Assembly (NCBI GenBank): GCA_963749075.1
Contig: CAVVLJ010000016.1
Location: 1,152,001 to 1,216,000 of the forward strand
Length of the DNA stretch: 64,000 nucleotides
Direction of reading: 5' to 3'
Origin: an uncultured Pseudomonadota bacterium
Lineage (GTDB): Bacteria > Pseudomonadota > Alphaproteobacteria > JACZXZ01
The notes under the pieces are model-generated. The model worked only from the letters and a program-made list of their open reading frames with translations. It searched no databases and was not told the origin of the DNA. The translations under genes and the position numbers were made by a program. Positions 1 to 9,994 of this stretch are shown one piece after another; within the stretch, counting starts at the first letter, position 1, and the number at the start of each line of letters is the position of its first letter.

Positions 1-5
1 CCATC

Positions 6-2678
6 ATGCCCTCCTTTCTCTCGCGCGCGCGCAAGGGAAGGGGCTTCGGCGAGCTCGTCGCCAAATCGGAAGCCTTCCTCGCCGAGGTCGCAGCGCCCTT
101 CGAGACGATCCACCGCGCCTGGCACGACATCGTCGTGCAGTTGCGCCAGGCCAACGAAGTGCTCGAGCTGCAGCTGGCACAGCGCAGCGCAGCCTTGCAC
201 GAGAGCGAGCAGCGCTTCCGCGACATCGCCGAGGTCTCCGAGGACTGGATCTGGGAAACCGACACCCGGCACCGCTTCAAGAGCGTCATTGGCGAAAGCA
301 TGAGGCCGACCGGCTACGCGGCGAAAGAGATCGTCGCCCGTACGCGCTGGGCGCTCGCCGGCGGCGATTCCGAACGTGATGAGCATTGGCGGCGGCACAA
401 GGCCGATCTGGACGCCCATCGTCCCTTTCACGCCTTCCACTACTCGATGACCGACAAGGAGGACCGGCCGCTCCACCTCTCGATCAGCGGCAAACCGGTG
501 TTCGACGCCGAAGGCGGCTTCCGCGGCTACCGCGGCACCGCGACCAACGAGACCCACATCGTCGAGGCGCTGCGCCGGGCGGAGGCGGCGGAGGCTCTCT
601 TGCGCGACGCCGTCGAGACCATCTCGGAAGGCTTCGTCATCTTCGACCGCGACGATCGCTTCGTCATGTGCAACGAGGCCTATCGCCGGATGTTCAGCCC
701 GGTCGCGCATCTCCTCAAGGCGGGCACCCCCTATGAAGCCATCGCTCGCCACTCCATTGAAACTCGCCTCTACGCCGACGCCGCCGATCGCGAGGAGGAA
801 TGGCTTGCCGAGCGCCTGTCCCAGCATCGCGACGCCACGGCTGCCGTCGAGCGGAGCTTGGCCGACGGGCGGACCATTCTCCTCACGGACCGCCGCATGG
901 CCAACGGCGGCAACGCCGGGCTGCGCATCGACATCACGGCGCTCAAGCGCGCCGAGGCGGCGCGGCGCGAGAGCGAGGAGCAGCTCCGCGGCATCGCCGA
1001 GAATCTGCCGGGCGCCATCTTCCGGCGCCTGCTCAAGCCGGACGGGACCGCCAGTTATGCCTACGTGAGCGACGGCTTGCGCGACCTCTACGGCGTCGAG
1101 CCGAGCCGCCTGGTGAGCGGCGAAATCCACTTGCGCGATCTCATGCCGCCCGCCGACCGCCTTGTCTATGAGGAGGCCACGCGCCGCTCGATTGCCGGAT
1201 TGACCCCGTTGGAGCTCGAGTTTCGCATCGAGACGAAGAAGGCCGGGATGCGCTGGATAAGGTCGGTGTCGAAGCCTCGGCGCCGCGATGACGGCACGAT
1301 CATCTGGGACGGCGTGGCGCTCGACATCACGGAACTCAAGAAACTGGAGGCCGATCGCGACTACCTCGCCTATTACGACCAGCTCACCAGGCTGCCCAAT
1401 CGCGCGCTTTTCGTCGACCGCCTCGCCCGCACGCTTGAGGGTGCCGAGGGCTCGGGCACCTCCGCGGTCGTCATCGCCGCGGCCCTTGTCTCGCTCAGGG
1501 ACATCCGCGACGGCGCCAGCTTCGCCGCCGGCGACGCGGCCATCGGCGAGACCGCCAGGCGTCTCGCCGCGGTCGTGCAAGGCCGCGGCACGGTCGCGCA
1601 CGTGGGCGAGGGCGACTTCTTCGTCCTCCTCACGGACGTGGCCGAAAACGCGGACCATGCAGCCATCCTCGGCGAGATCGCGCGGCGCTGCGAGTCCTCG
1701 CTCAGGCTGGAAGGACGGGAGTTCAGGCTCAAGCTTTCCATGGGTGTGAGCGTCGCTCCCGCGGACGGCGAGCGGGCGGATACGCTCATCCGCAATGCGA
1801 CCACCGCACTGCACGAGGCGAGGGCGCTTCCCGGCCGCCCCGTCCGGTTCTACAGCGCGCAGATGACGGAGCACGCGGCGGCGCGCCTCGTTGTCGAGGC
1901 CGAATTGCGCCGCGCCATCGAGCGGCAGGAGCTTGTCCTTTTCTATCAGCCGCTGGTCGATGCGCGGACGCTCCGGATCACCGGCTGCGAAGCCCTCATG
2001 CGCTGGCGCCATCCGGAACGCGGCCTCATTCCGCCCGGCAAGTTCATCCCGGTCGCCGAGGAGAGCGGCCTGATCGTACCGCTCGGCGAATTCGCGCTGC
2101 GCTCGGCCTGCGCCCAGGCGCGCGACTGGGAGCGCATGGGCCTCGCGGCCATTCCGGTCTCGGTCAACCTCTCGGGTTGGCAGCTTCTTGCCGACGGTCT
2201 CGCCGAGCGCATCTTGGCGGTGCTCGAAGAGGTCGGCCTTGCGCCCGCACTGCTCAAGCTCGAGCTCACCGAAAGCACCATCCTCCACAACGTGGACGCC
2301 GCCAGGCGCACGATGGAGCGGCTGGCCGAGGCGGGCGTGCGCTTCGCAATCGACGACTTCGGCATCGAGCATTCGGCGCTCAGCCATCTCAGCCGCTTGC
2401 CCATCGAGACGCTCAAGATCGACTACTCCTTCGTCTCGCAGATGACCCACGACACCGCCCATGCCGCCCTCGTCCAGGCCATCATCTCGATGACCCATGC
2501 GATGGGCAAGCTCGCGGTCGCCGAAGGTGTGGAAACCAAGGTGCAGCTCACCTACCTGCAGGCTTATCAGTGCGATACGCTGCAGGGCTTCCTCTTCAGC
2601 CGCGCGGTGCCGCCCGAGCGCTTCCTGCCGCTCCTCCAGCGCCACATCCTCGATCCGGTCGAGGAAGCCGAGACCTGA
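6..2678 (+). CDS. PAS-PAS-PAS / degenerate GGDEF / EAL c-di-GMP phosphodiesterase
   Basis: PAS motifs (WIWETD, FVIFD, WIRS), YYDQLTRLPNR, GGDEF site degenerate (VGEGDF), EALMRW, DDFG, AEGVET. Start may lie upstream of the window. Confidence 0.88.
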   Translation: MPSFLSRARKGRGFGELVAKSEAFLAEVAAPFETIHRAWHDIVVQLRQANEVLELQLAQRSAALHESEQRFRDIAEVSEDWIWETDTRHRFKSVIGESMRPTGYAAKEIVARTRWALAGGDSERDEHWRRHKADLDAHRPFHAFHYSMTDKEDRPLHLSISGKPVFDAEGGFRGYRGTATNETHIVEALRRAEAAEALLRDAVETISEGFVIFDRDDRFVMCNEAYRRMFSPVAHLLKAGTPYEAIARHSIETRLYADAADREEEWLAERLSQHRDATAAVERSLADGRTILLTDRRMANGGNAGLRIDITALKRAEAARRESEEQLRGIAENLPGAIFRRLLKPDGTASYAYVSDGLRDLYGVEPSRLVSGEIHLRDLMPPADRLVYEEATRRSIAGLTPLELEFRIETKKAGMRWIRSVSKPRRRDDGTIIWDGVALDITELKKLEADRDYLAYYDQLTRLPNRALFVDRLARTLEGAEGSGTSAVVIAAALVSLRDIRDGASFAAGDAAIGETARRLAAVVQGRGTVAHVGEGDFFVLLTDVAENADHAAILGEIARRCESSLRLEGREFRLKLSMGVSVAPADGERADTLIRNATTALHEARALPGRPVRFYSAQMTEHAAARLVVEAELRRAIERQELVLFYQPLVDARTLRITGCEALMRWRHPERGLIPPGKFIPVAEESGLIVPLGEFALRSACAQARDWERMGLAAIPVSVNLSGWQLLADGLAERILAVLEEVGLAPALLKLELTESTILHNVDAARRTMERLAEAGVRFAIDDFGIEHSALSHLSRLPIETLKIDYSFVSQMTHDTAHAALVQAIISMTHAMGKLAVAEGVETKVQLTYLQAYQCDTLQGFLFSRAVPPERFLPLLQRHILDPVEEAET

Positions 2679-2794
2679 AGCGGCGCGCGCTCCGCTCCCG
2701 CGCCGGGCGAGGTCCGCCAACATATTGACGAATCTATGGATTTTCGGCCGCCATTGTGGCACTCTGGCGCCGGTCGAAGCATGATTGGCGGGAC

Positions 2795-5362
2795 ATGTTC
2801 ATCCACTTGCGCCCGAAAGGTGCGGCACTCGAACGGCAGTTGAGCGAAAGGACCTCCGCCCTCGAAGAGAGCGAGCGGCGGTTCCGCGATTTTGCCGAGA
2901 TGGCGGCGGACTGGCTGTGGGAGACCGATGCGGCGCATCGCTTTACCTTCATCGCAGGGGCGGGCAGCGATGCCGCTGGCATCCGGTCGGAAGACATCAT
3001 TGGCCGCAGGCGCTGGGAACTTGCCGGCGCCGACCCGGAGAGCGACGAGACGTGGCGCCGCCATAAGGGCGATCTCGACGCGCGCCGACCCTTTCGCGGC
3101 TTCCGCTATTCCTTCGTCACGGCGCTCGGCCGCCGCATGCATTTCTCGGTCAGCGGCAAGCCGACCTTCGATGCCGAGGGAACCTTCCTCGGCTACCGCG
3201 GCGCCGTAAGGAACGAGACCGAGGCCGTCGAAGCGCTCGCGCGCGTGGCGGAAGCCGATGCCTTTCTCAGCGACGCCATCGAGAACATGACGGACGGCTT
3301 CGTGATCTACGACCGCGAGGATCGTTTCGTCATGTGCAATGCGGCCCATCGGCGCTTTTATCCCGAGCTTGCCGAGGTGATGGTCCCCGGCGCGTCGTTC
3401 GAGGAAGTCCACCGCCGCGGGCTGCAATTGGGCATTTATGCGGCGGCGGGCGGCCGCGAGGACGAATGGCTGGCCGAGCGGCTCGAGCAGCATCGCAATC
3501 CGAAGGGGCCGATCGAGCAGCGCTTGAAGAGCGGCGCCGTCATCGTCATATCCGAGCGGCGCATGAGCGACGGCGGCATCCTCGGCGTGCGCATGGACGT
3601 GAGCGCCCTCAAGAAGGCGGAGGAGGCGCGGCGCGAGGAGGAGGAGCGGCTCCTCAGCATCGCGGACAATCTGCCGGGCGCCATATTCCGGCGCCTTCTC
3701 AAGACGGACGGCACGTTCTCTTACCTCTATATCAGCCCGCGCATGCACGAGCTTTACGGCATCGATCAGGACGCCCTCGTTCGGGGGGACGGGGACCCGC
3801 TTCGACACCTCCACCCCGACGACCGCGAGATGTACCGGGCGGCACTTGCACGTTCGGCGAGCGAGCTCACGCCGATGGTGGTCGAGTTGCGCCTCCTGAC
3901 GCCGGACGGGCAGACGCGCTGGCTGCGCAGCTCGTCGCGGCCGCGCAAGCTCGAGAACGGGGACATCCAGTGGGACGGCATCACGCTGGACATCACCGAT
4001 CTGAAGGCCGCGGAGGCGCACCGCGACCGCCTCGCCTATTACGATCAGTTGACCGGCCTGCCCAATCAGGACCTCTTCGCGGACCGCCTCGCCCAAGCCC
4101 TGACCCAGGCGGCCCGCTCGCGGGACAGCGTTGCCGTGCTGTGCATCGAGCTGGCCTCGCTCAAGGACGTGCGGGCAAGCCAGGGGATGGCGGCGGGCGA
4201 CCAGGCGGTGCGCGAAGCGGGACGGCGGATCCAGACGGCGCTGCGCTCCGGCGATTCGGTCGCCTATGCCGGCGGCGGCCAGTTCCTGACGCTCCTCATG
4301 GGTCTGCGCAAGCGCGAGGATGGACGCATCCCCGTTGCCAAGATCATCGGCGCATTCGAGGAGAAATACGAGATTGGCGGCGTCGAGGTCCCGCTCAAGG
4401 TCTCGCTCGGGATCAGCCTCGGTCCGGGCGACGGCGACGCGGCCGAGGCGCTCATCCGCAACGCCACGACCGCCCTCAACATGGCGCGGACCAATCCGAG
4501 CCAGCCGTATCAGTTCTACGACGTGCGCATGACGAAGACCGCCGTGGCGCGGCTCAGCGTCGAGGCCGAGCTGCGCCATGCCGTCGAGCGGCAGGAGTTC
4601 GTCATCTTCTACCAGCCGGTCGTCGAGGCGCGAAGCTTCCGCATCGTCGGCGCCGAGGCGCTCGTCCGCTGGCGCCAGGCGGACGGCACGTTGGCGCCGG
4701 TCGGCGAGTTCATGTCGATCGCCGAAGAGAGCGGCCTTGCCGTGCCGATCGGCGAGTTGGTGCTGGCCGCGGCCTGCGGCCAGGCGCGGGCCTGGCGCGA
4801 CGCGGATGCGGCAAATATCGGCCTCAGCGTCTCGCTCAACGTGTCGGGCGCGCAGCTCGTGGACCCGGGCTTCGCCGCGAGCGTGCTTGGCATCCTCGAG
4901 CGTACGGGCTTGCCGCCGAGCGGCCTCAAGCTCGAGCTCGCCGAGAGCACCTTCGCGCGCAAGGCCGCGTCCGCCGCGCGCGCCATGGAGCAGCTCGCCG
5001 AGGCGGGCGTTCAATTCGCGGTCGACGACTTCGGCGTCGAGTACTCGGTGCTCAGCCATTTGGCGCATCTGCCCATCGATACGCTCAAGATCGCGCAGCC
5101 CTTCATCGCGCGCATGACGACCGACCGGGCGCACGGCGCCTTGGTCCAGGCCGTCATCTCCATGGCGCACGCGATCGGCAAGAATACCGTGGCCGAGGGT
5201 GTCGAGACCCAGGAGCAGCTCACCTATCTGCAGGCGTTCCAGTGCAATGCGCTGCAGGGCTCCCTCTTCAGCGAGCCCGTGCCGGCGGAGAACCTCTTGC
5301 CGCTGCTGCGGCAGGGCGCGTTGCGGCCGCCGCCGACGAAGCATCAATCGGCGGGATCGTAG
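2795..5362 (+). CDS. PAS-PAS-PAS / degenerate GGDEF / EAL phosphodiesterase, tandem paralog
   Basis: Collinear with the upstream gene; GGDEF site reads AGGGQF; EALVRW, DDFGVEYS, AEGVET. ATG at 2795 (ORF open from 2756). Confidence 0.88.
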   Translation: MFIHLRPKGAALERQLSERTSALEESERRFRDFAEMAADWLWETDAAHRFTFIAGAGSDAAGIRSEDIIGRRRWELAGADPESDETWRRHKGDLDARRPFRGFRYSFVTALGRRMHFSVSGKPTFDAEGTFLGYRGAVRNETEAVEALARVAEADAFLSDAIENMTDGFVIYDREDRFVMCNAAHRRFYPELAEVMVPGASFEEVHRRGLQLGIYAAAGGREDEWLAERLEQHRNPKGPIEQRLKSGAVIVISERRMSDGGILGVRMDVSALKKAEEARREEEERLLSIADNLPGAIFRRLLKTDGTFSYLYISPRMHELYGIDQDALVRGDGDPLRHLHPDDREMYRAALARSASELTPMVVELRLLTPDGQTRWLRSSSRPRKLENGDIQWDGITLDITDLKAAEAHRDRLAYYDQLTGLPNQDLFADRLAQALTQAARSRDSVAVLCIELASLKDVRASQGMAAGDQAVREAGRRIQTALRSGDSVAYAGGGQFLTLLMGLRKREDGRIPVAKIIGAFEEKYEIGGVEVPLKVSLGISLGPGDGDAAEALIRNATTALNMARTNPSQPYQFYDVRMTKTAVARLSVEAELRHAVERQEFVIFYQPVVEARSFRIVGAEALVRWRQADGTLAPVGEFMSIAEESGLAVPIGELVLAAACGQARAWRDADAANIGLSVSLNVSGAQLVDPGFAASVLGILERTGLPPSGLKLELAESTFARKAASAARAMEQLAEAGVQFAVDDFGVEYSVLSHLAHLPIDTLKIAQPFIARMTTDRAHGALVQAVISMAHAIGKNTVAEGVETQEQLTYLQAFQCNALQGSLFSEPVPAENLLPLLRQGALRPPPTKHQSAGS

Positions 5363-5429
5363 ACCGGCGGGAGAGCCGCCCGCCCGCACAAGATGCCGTT
5401 CCGCGATCGGAGGCGCCTGAGGAGCGGGA

Positions 5430-5927
5430 TCAGCCGCCGCAGGCCTGCGCCAGGAGCAGCTCGAGCGCCAGGAGGACGGAGGCCGCGCGCACGGCGCCGC
5501 GGTCGCCGGGAAAGACGCGGCGCTCGCAGAGGGTTGTGCCGCCGCGCCGCGCCGCCGCGATGTAGACGAGGCCAACCGGCTTCAGAGCCGTGCCGCCGCC
5601 CGGCCCGGCGACGCCGGTGACCGAGACGCCGAGATCGGCAGCCGGCGCGCGCGACAGGGCGCCCTCGGCCATGGCACGCGCCACGGGCTCGCTCACGGCG
5701 CCCTGCGCCGCGATGAGCGAGGGCGGCACGCCGAGGAGCGCCACCTTGGCCTCGTTCGAGTAGGCGACGAGCCCGCACTCGACGACGTCCGAGCTGCCGG
5801 CGATCTCCGTCAAGGCCGCGGCGACCAAGCCGCCCGTGCACAATTCGGCCGTCGCCACGCGCAGCCCCCGCGCGCGGCAGGCATCGAGCACCGCTCGAGC
5901 GCGTTCGCGCGTTTGCTCAGGAACCAC
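5430..5927 (-). CDS. cinA: CinA C-terminal / nicotinamide-mononucleotide deamidase (PncC) family protein
   Basis: ATAELCTGGLV (cf. AESCTGG), YSNEAK, GAVS, TGVAGPGG, KPVGLVY. Confidence 0.9.
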   Translation of the reverse strand: MVPEQTRERARAVLDACRARGLRVATAELCTGGLVAAALTEIAGSSDVVECGLVAYSNEAKVALLGVPPSLIAAQGAVSEPVARAMAEGALSRAPAADLGVSVTGVAGPGGGTALKPVGLVYIAAARRGGTTLCERRVFPGDRGAVRAASVLLALELLLAQACGG

Positions 5928-6444
5928 CGGCGAGCCGTCCTACGAAGGCGATCGCCTGGGAGACGAACACCACGGCGATGAAGACCACGAGCGCATAGAG
6001 CGCTGCCACGGTGTCGTCCGCCATCACGGCGAAGGCGCCGTCGCGCCGATCGAGGAGATTGACGGGCCACGGCTTGAAGATGTCGAAGATGCGAAAGAGG
6101 ACGAAGCCGAGCGGCCAATGCCACCACACGTGGGGATCGGCGAAGACGAGGGCTAGCCACTGCCCCGAGACCTCGTCGATGACCGTCTCCTGCGGGTCCT
6201 TGGCGCGCGCGTAGCGCATGTAATGGGCGGTCGCCCACCAGCCGATGAGGAAGGCGAGGAGGGCCGCGGCGCCGAGGAGGCGGGGGCTGCCCAGCGCCAG
6301 CATCGCCCAGGCGAAGGGAAGGGCGGCGAGCGAGCCCCAGGTGCCGGGTGCCAGCGGCAGAAGGCCGGTGCCGAACCAGGTCGAGACGAGCGTCGCGGGA
6401 TGGCGCAAGGGGAGGGCGGGGCGCAGGAGGGAGAAGCTGCGCAC
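5917..6444 (-). CDS. pgpA: phosphatidylglycerophosphatase A
   Basis: WFGTGLLPLAPGTWGS, KDPQETVIDEVSGQW, FRIFDIFKPWP, VMADD; GTG start next to the ispDF stop. Confidence 0.93.
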   Translation of the reverse strand: MRSFSLLRPALPLRHPATLVSTWFGTGLLPLAPGTWGSLAALPFAWAMLALGSPRLLGAAALLAFLIGWWATAHYMRYARAKDPQETVIDEVSGQWLALVFADPHVWWHWPLGFVLFRIFDIFKPWPVNLLDRRDGAFAVMADDTVAALYALVVFIAVVFVSQAIAFVGRLAGGS

Positions 6445-6446
6445 GC

Positions 6447-7604
6447 TCAGGCCTCGAGCGGCAGGCGCACGGTCGCGACGGCCTGCGCCGAGATGCCCTC
6501 GCCGCGGCCGGCGAAGCCGAGCGTATCGGTGGTCGTCGCCTTGACGCTCACGCGCTCCGCGGCGATGCCGAGGATGCCGGCCACGCGGGCCGCCATCGCC
6601 GCACGGTGCGGCCCGACCTTCGGGCGCTCGCAGATGATCGTCACGTCGACGTTGACGATCGAGCCCCCGCGCGCGGCGACCAGTGCGGCCGCGTGACGGA
6701 GGAAGCGCTCCGACGCGACGCCCTTCCAGCGCGGGTCCGACGGCGGGAAATGGCTGCCGATGTCGCCGGCGCCGATGGTGCCGAGAAGGGCGTCGGTGAG
6801 GGCATGGAGGCCCACGTCGGCATCGGAGTGTCCGACGGCGCCGCGGTCGTGGGGGACCGCGAGGCCGCACAGCATGACGCTTTGGCCGGGCCCGAAGCGG
6901 TGCACATCGAAGCCGGTGCCGACGCGCTGCTCCGAGGCGCCCGCAAGGATGCGCTCGGCGCGGCGGAAGTCGGCTTCCGTCGTCACCTTGAAATTCTCCT
7001 CCCCGGCGGCAACGAGGGCGACCGGCAGCCCGGCGCGCTCCGCCACTGCCGCATCGTCGGTGAGGGCCTCGCCCGCCGCCGCGCGGTGGGCGGCGAGGAT
7101 GGCCGCGAAGCGGAAGCCTTGCGGAGTCTGGGCGCACCACAGGCCGGCGCGCTCGAGCGTGCCGGCGCTCAGCCCCTCGTTCGCGCGCTTGAGCGTGTCG
7201 GTCACGGGGATCGCGGCGATCGCCGCCGGCACCTCGTCGAGCGCTGCGATGACGCGGCCGATGGTGGCCTGATCGATGAAGGGGCGCGCCGCGTCGTGGA
7301 TGAGCACGCGCTCCGGCGCCAGCTCGACCAGGCTCTCGAGGCCAAGGCGCGCCGAGTCCTGCCGCTGGGGTCCGCCCGCGCACGGTGCCAGCAGCGAGAG
7401 CCCGCCGACCGCCGCGTCATAGAGCGCGCGGTCGCCGGGATGAATGACCACGCGCACCGCGGCAACGCCCGGATGGCGAAGAAAGGCTTCGAGCGAATGG
7501 CGGATGAGGGCGCTGCCGCCAAGCGCACGGTACTGCTTCGGCACCTCGCCGCCCATTCGCGAGCCGCGTCCTCCGGCCACCACGAGTGCAATGCAGTCCG
7601 CCAT
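6447..7604 (-). CDS. ispDF: bifunctional IspD/IspF (MEP cytidylyltransferase / MEcDP synthase)
   Basis: AGGRGSRMG..PKQY, LIHDAARPF, QTPQGF, then GTGFDVH, GHSDADV.LHA, VKATTT. Confidence 0.96.
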   Translation of the reverse strand: MADCIALVVAGGRGSRMGGEVPKQYRALGGSALIRHSLEAFLRHPGVAAVRVVIHPGDRALYDAAVGGLSLLAPCAGGPQRQDSARLGLESLVELAPERVLIHDAARPFIDQATIGRVIAALDEVPAAIAAIPVTDTLKRANEGLSAGTLERAGLWCAQTPQGFRFAAILAAHRAAAGEALTDDAAVAERAGLPVALVAAGEENFKVTTEADFRRAERILAGASEQRVGTGFDVHRFGPGQSVMLCGLAVPHDRGAVGHSDADVGLHALTDALLGTIGAGDIGSHFPPSDPRWKGVASERFLRHAAALVAARGGSIVNVDVTIICERPKVGPHRAAMAARVAGILGIAAERVSVKATTTDTLGFAGRGEGISAQAVATVRLPLEA

Positions 7605-7759
7605 TCGTCCCGCCCATCCGCCCGCTCGCCGCGGCGCCGGCCACCCTATCGCGGGCCATTGCCGCTTGCCAAGTCCGGGCACGCCATTCCGCGGCCCGTG
7701 CCGGGCGTCCCTCTGCGGTGGCTCTGCCTGCGGGCGCGAAGGATGCTATATAAGGGCCC

Positions 7760-8557
7760 ATGGCGAACCACCTCCTGCTCAGCCTCGCAGCGCTTGCGGC
7801 ACTGGTGCCGGCCGCGGTGGTCACGGCGCGCGGCACCGCACGGCGCGACGGCCGCTTCTGGCTCCTGCTCGCGGTCGCCTTTGCCGGAGCGCTCGCGCGC
7901 GCGACGACGGCATTGGCGCCGGCCTGGAACACCAGCCTCTCGGGCGCCCTGTGGATCACCATTGCCGCCAGCGTGGCACTCTTCATCCTGCTCTGCGCCT
8001 TGACGGCGGATGCCTGGCGGCTGACGCCGCTCCTCTTTCCCTACCTCATCCTGCTCGGCGCCTTGGCGGCGGTGTATCAGCAGGCGCCGGAGCGCCCGCT
8101 CATCCCGGCGCCCGCCGTGTGGCTCGACCTGCACATCCTGGTCTCGGTCGCGACTTACGGCTTGCTCACCATCGCGGCGGTTGCCGGCTTCGCCGTCCTC
8201 ATCCAGGAGCGCGCGCTCAAGAGCAAGCGGCGGGGCGGGCTCAATCAACGGCTCCCTGCCGTGGCCGCCTGCGAGAGGCTGCAGGTCCTGCTGCTCGCGG
8301 CCTCCGAGGTCGTGCTCGGCTGCGGTCTCCTGACCGGCATGGCGACGCAATATTTCGTCTCGGGCACTCTGCTTGCCCTGGACCACAAGACGCTCTTCTC
8401 CCTCCTCGCTTTCGCGGTGATCGGCGTGCTGCTTGCCGTCCAGTGGCGGAGCGGCGTCGGCGGGCGGCGCGCGGCCCGCTTCGTGCTGCTTGCCTATCTC
8501 CTCGTGACCCTCGCCTATCCCGGCGTCAAATTCGTTACCGATGTGCTGCTCGCCTGA
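7760..8557 (+). CDS. cytochrome c assembly (CcsA/YpjD-like) inner membrane protein
   Basis: About 8 TM helices; LHILVS..YGLLT, QERALK, LDHKT.FS, LAYPGVKFV. Confidence 0.8.
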   Translation: MANHLLLSLAALAALVPAAVVTARGTARRDGRFWLLLAVAFAGALARATTALAPAWNTSLSGALWITIAASVALFILLCALTADAWRLTPLLFPYLILLGALAAVYQQAPERPLIPAPAVWLDLHILVSVATYGLLTIAAVAGFAVLIQERALKSKRRGGLNQRLPAVAACERLQVLLLAASEVVLGCGLLTGMATQYFVSGTLLALDHKTLFSLLAFAVIGVLLAVQWRSGVGGRRAARFVLLAYLLVTLAYPGVKFVTDVLLA

Positions 8558-8748
8558 AGCCCTTGCGCGGCTCTGCACAAGGTTCCACTATGACTTTATA
8601 TATGACATGTAACATATTGATATAAAATTTATTTGTTCGGCGGCGCGTTTTGGAATATGGACTGGGGGATTGCCTCGTCGAAATCACCGCGCGGCATGTT
8701 CCTTCCCACTTATTTCGCACTTGCGTAACAATACAAACGCCGCCATGA

Positions 8749-8793
8749 TGCCTAATAAATCGCCAGCCCGCGTTCGCGTCTAATTATTGAGCA
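8749..8793. promoter_or_regulatory. possible tandem NtrC-binding sites in the AT-rich ntrB promoter
   Basis: TGCCTAATAAATCGCCA and CGTCTAATTATTGAGCA resemble TGCAC-N7-GTGCA; AT-rich island upstream of ntrB. Confidence 0.35.
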
Positions 8794-8809
8794 GAAATAG
8801 AGGCGAGAG

Positions 8810-9994
8810 TTGCCCGGAAATTCGAAGCCTTCGCGGCCCTGGCACCCTGGTCCGTTGACGCGCGCCGCCCAGAAGGATGCGCGCGGCGCCGCGGAGGTAG
8901 ACGCGGCTACCGTACTCGGCGGCCTGCCCGACGTGGTTCTCGTCATCGGCCCGAAGGACGACATCCGTTTCGTCAACATGGCGGGCGAGGACTTCTTCGA
9001 CGCCAGCGCCTTCTGGCTCGCCGGCCGTCCGCTTGCCGATCTGCTGCCCGCCGACAGCCCGCTCTTCGCCCTCATAGCGCAGGTGCGGGCCGGGCTCTCC
9101 AGCGTCTCGGAATACGGCGTCATCCTTCACACCCCGCGCATCGGCGAGCATTTCGTGACGGCTCAGGTGGCGCCGCTGCCGGAGCAGCCGCTATCCGTCA
9201 TCGTCTCGCTGCACGAGCAATCGATCGCGCGCAAGATCGACCACCAGCTCACCCACCGCAACGCGGCGCGCTCGGTGACCGCGATGGCCTCGCTCCTGGC
9301 GCACGAGGTGAAGAACCCGCTCTCCGGCATCCGCGGCGCGGCACAGCTCCTCGAGCAGTCGGCCACCGCCGAGGACCGCGAGCTCACGCGCCTCATCTGC
9401 GACGAGACCGACCGCATCTGCGCCCTCATCGACCGCATGGAGGAATTCTCGGACGGGCGGCCGATCGAGAAGGGGCCGGTCAACATCCACGCGGTGCTCG
9501 AGCATGTGCGCAAGGTGGCGCAGAACGGCTTCGCCCGCCACGTGCGCTTCGTCGAGTCCTACGATCCCTCGCTGCCGGCGGTCGAGGGCAACCGCGATCT
9601 CCTCGTGCAGCTCTTCCTCAACCTGGTCAAGAACGCCGCCGAGGCGACACCCGACCAGGGTGGCGAGATCGTCCTCGCGAGCGCCTATCAGCACGGCGTG
9701 CGCCTCGCGGTCGCGGGCAGCGAGAGCCGCCTTGAGCTCCCGCTCGTGGTCAGCGTGCAGGACAACGGCGACGGCATTCCCGAGGACCTGCGCTCGCATC
9801 TCTTCGATCCCTTCGTCACGACCAAGAACAACGGCAGCGGCCTGGGCCTGGCGCTGGTCGCCAAAATCGTCGGCGACCACGGCGGCATCATCGAGTTCGA
9901 CAGCGAGCCGCGGCGCACCGTCTTCAAGGTCATGCTGCCCATCCATCGCCCGGCCGGCGCCGCAAGCGAGGCCGGCCAAGGAGACGAGCCGTGA
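8810..9994 (+). CDS. ntrB: nitrogen regulation sensor kinase NtrB (GlnL)
   Basis: PAS; [19 protein letters not shown]; DNGDGIP; [15 protein letters not shown]. Exact start uncertain. Confidence 0.95.
   Translation: MPGNSKPSRPWHPGPLTRAAQKDARGAAEVDAATVLGGLPDVVLVIGPKDDIRFVNMAGEDFFDASAFWLAGRPLADLLPADSPLFALIAQVRAGLSSVSEYGVILHTPRIGEHFVTAQVAPLPEQPLSVIVSLHEQSIARKIDHQLTHRNAARSVTAMASLLAHEVKNPLSGIRGAAQLLEQSATAEDRELTRLICDETDRICALIDRMEEFSDGRPIEKGPVNIHAVLEHVRKVAQNGFARHVRFVESYDPSLPAVEGNRDLLVQLFLNLVKNAAEATPDQGGEIVLASAYQHGVRLAVAGSESRLELPLVVSVQDNGDGIPEDLRSHLFDPFVTTKNNGSGLGLALVAKIVGDHGGIIEFDSEPRRTVFKVMLPIHRPAGAASEAGQGDEP

Noticed and set aside
2567-5575. 1002-aa minus-strand ORF and similar long antisense or alternate-frame ORFs (e.g. 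11268-13802, 13639-15954, 39860-41794)
   Set aside because: Shadow ORFs of real high-GC genes; no recognisable motifs, Arg/Gly/Ala-rich composition.
5917-7383. 488-aa ORF suggesting a long PgpA fusion
   Set aside because: The upstream part is an alternate frame of ispDF; PgpA starts near 6444.
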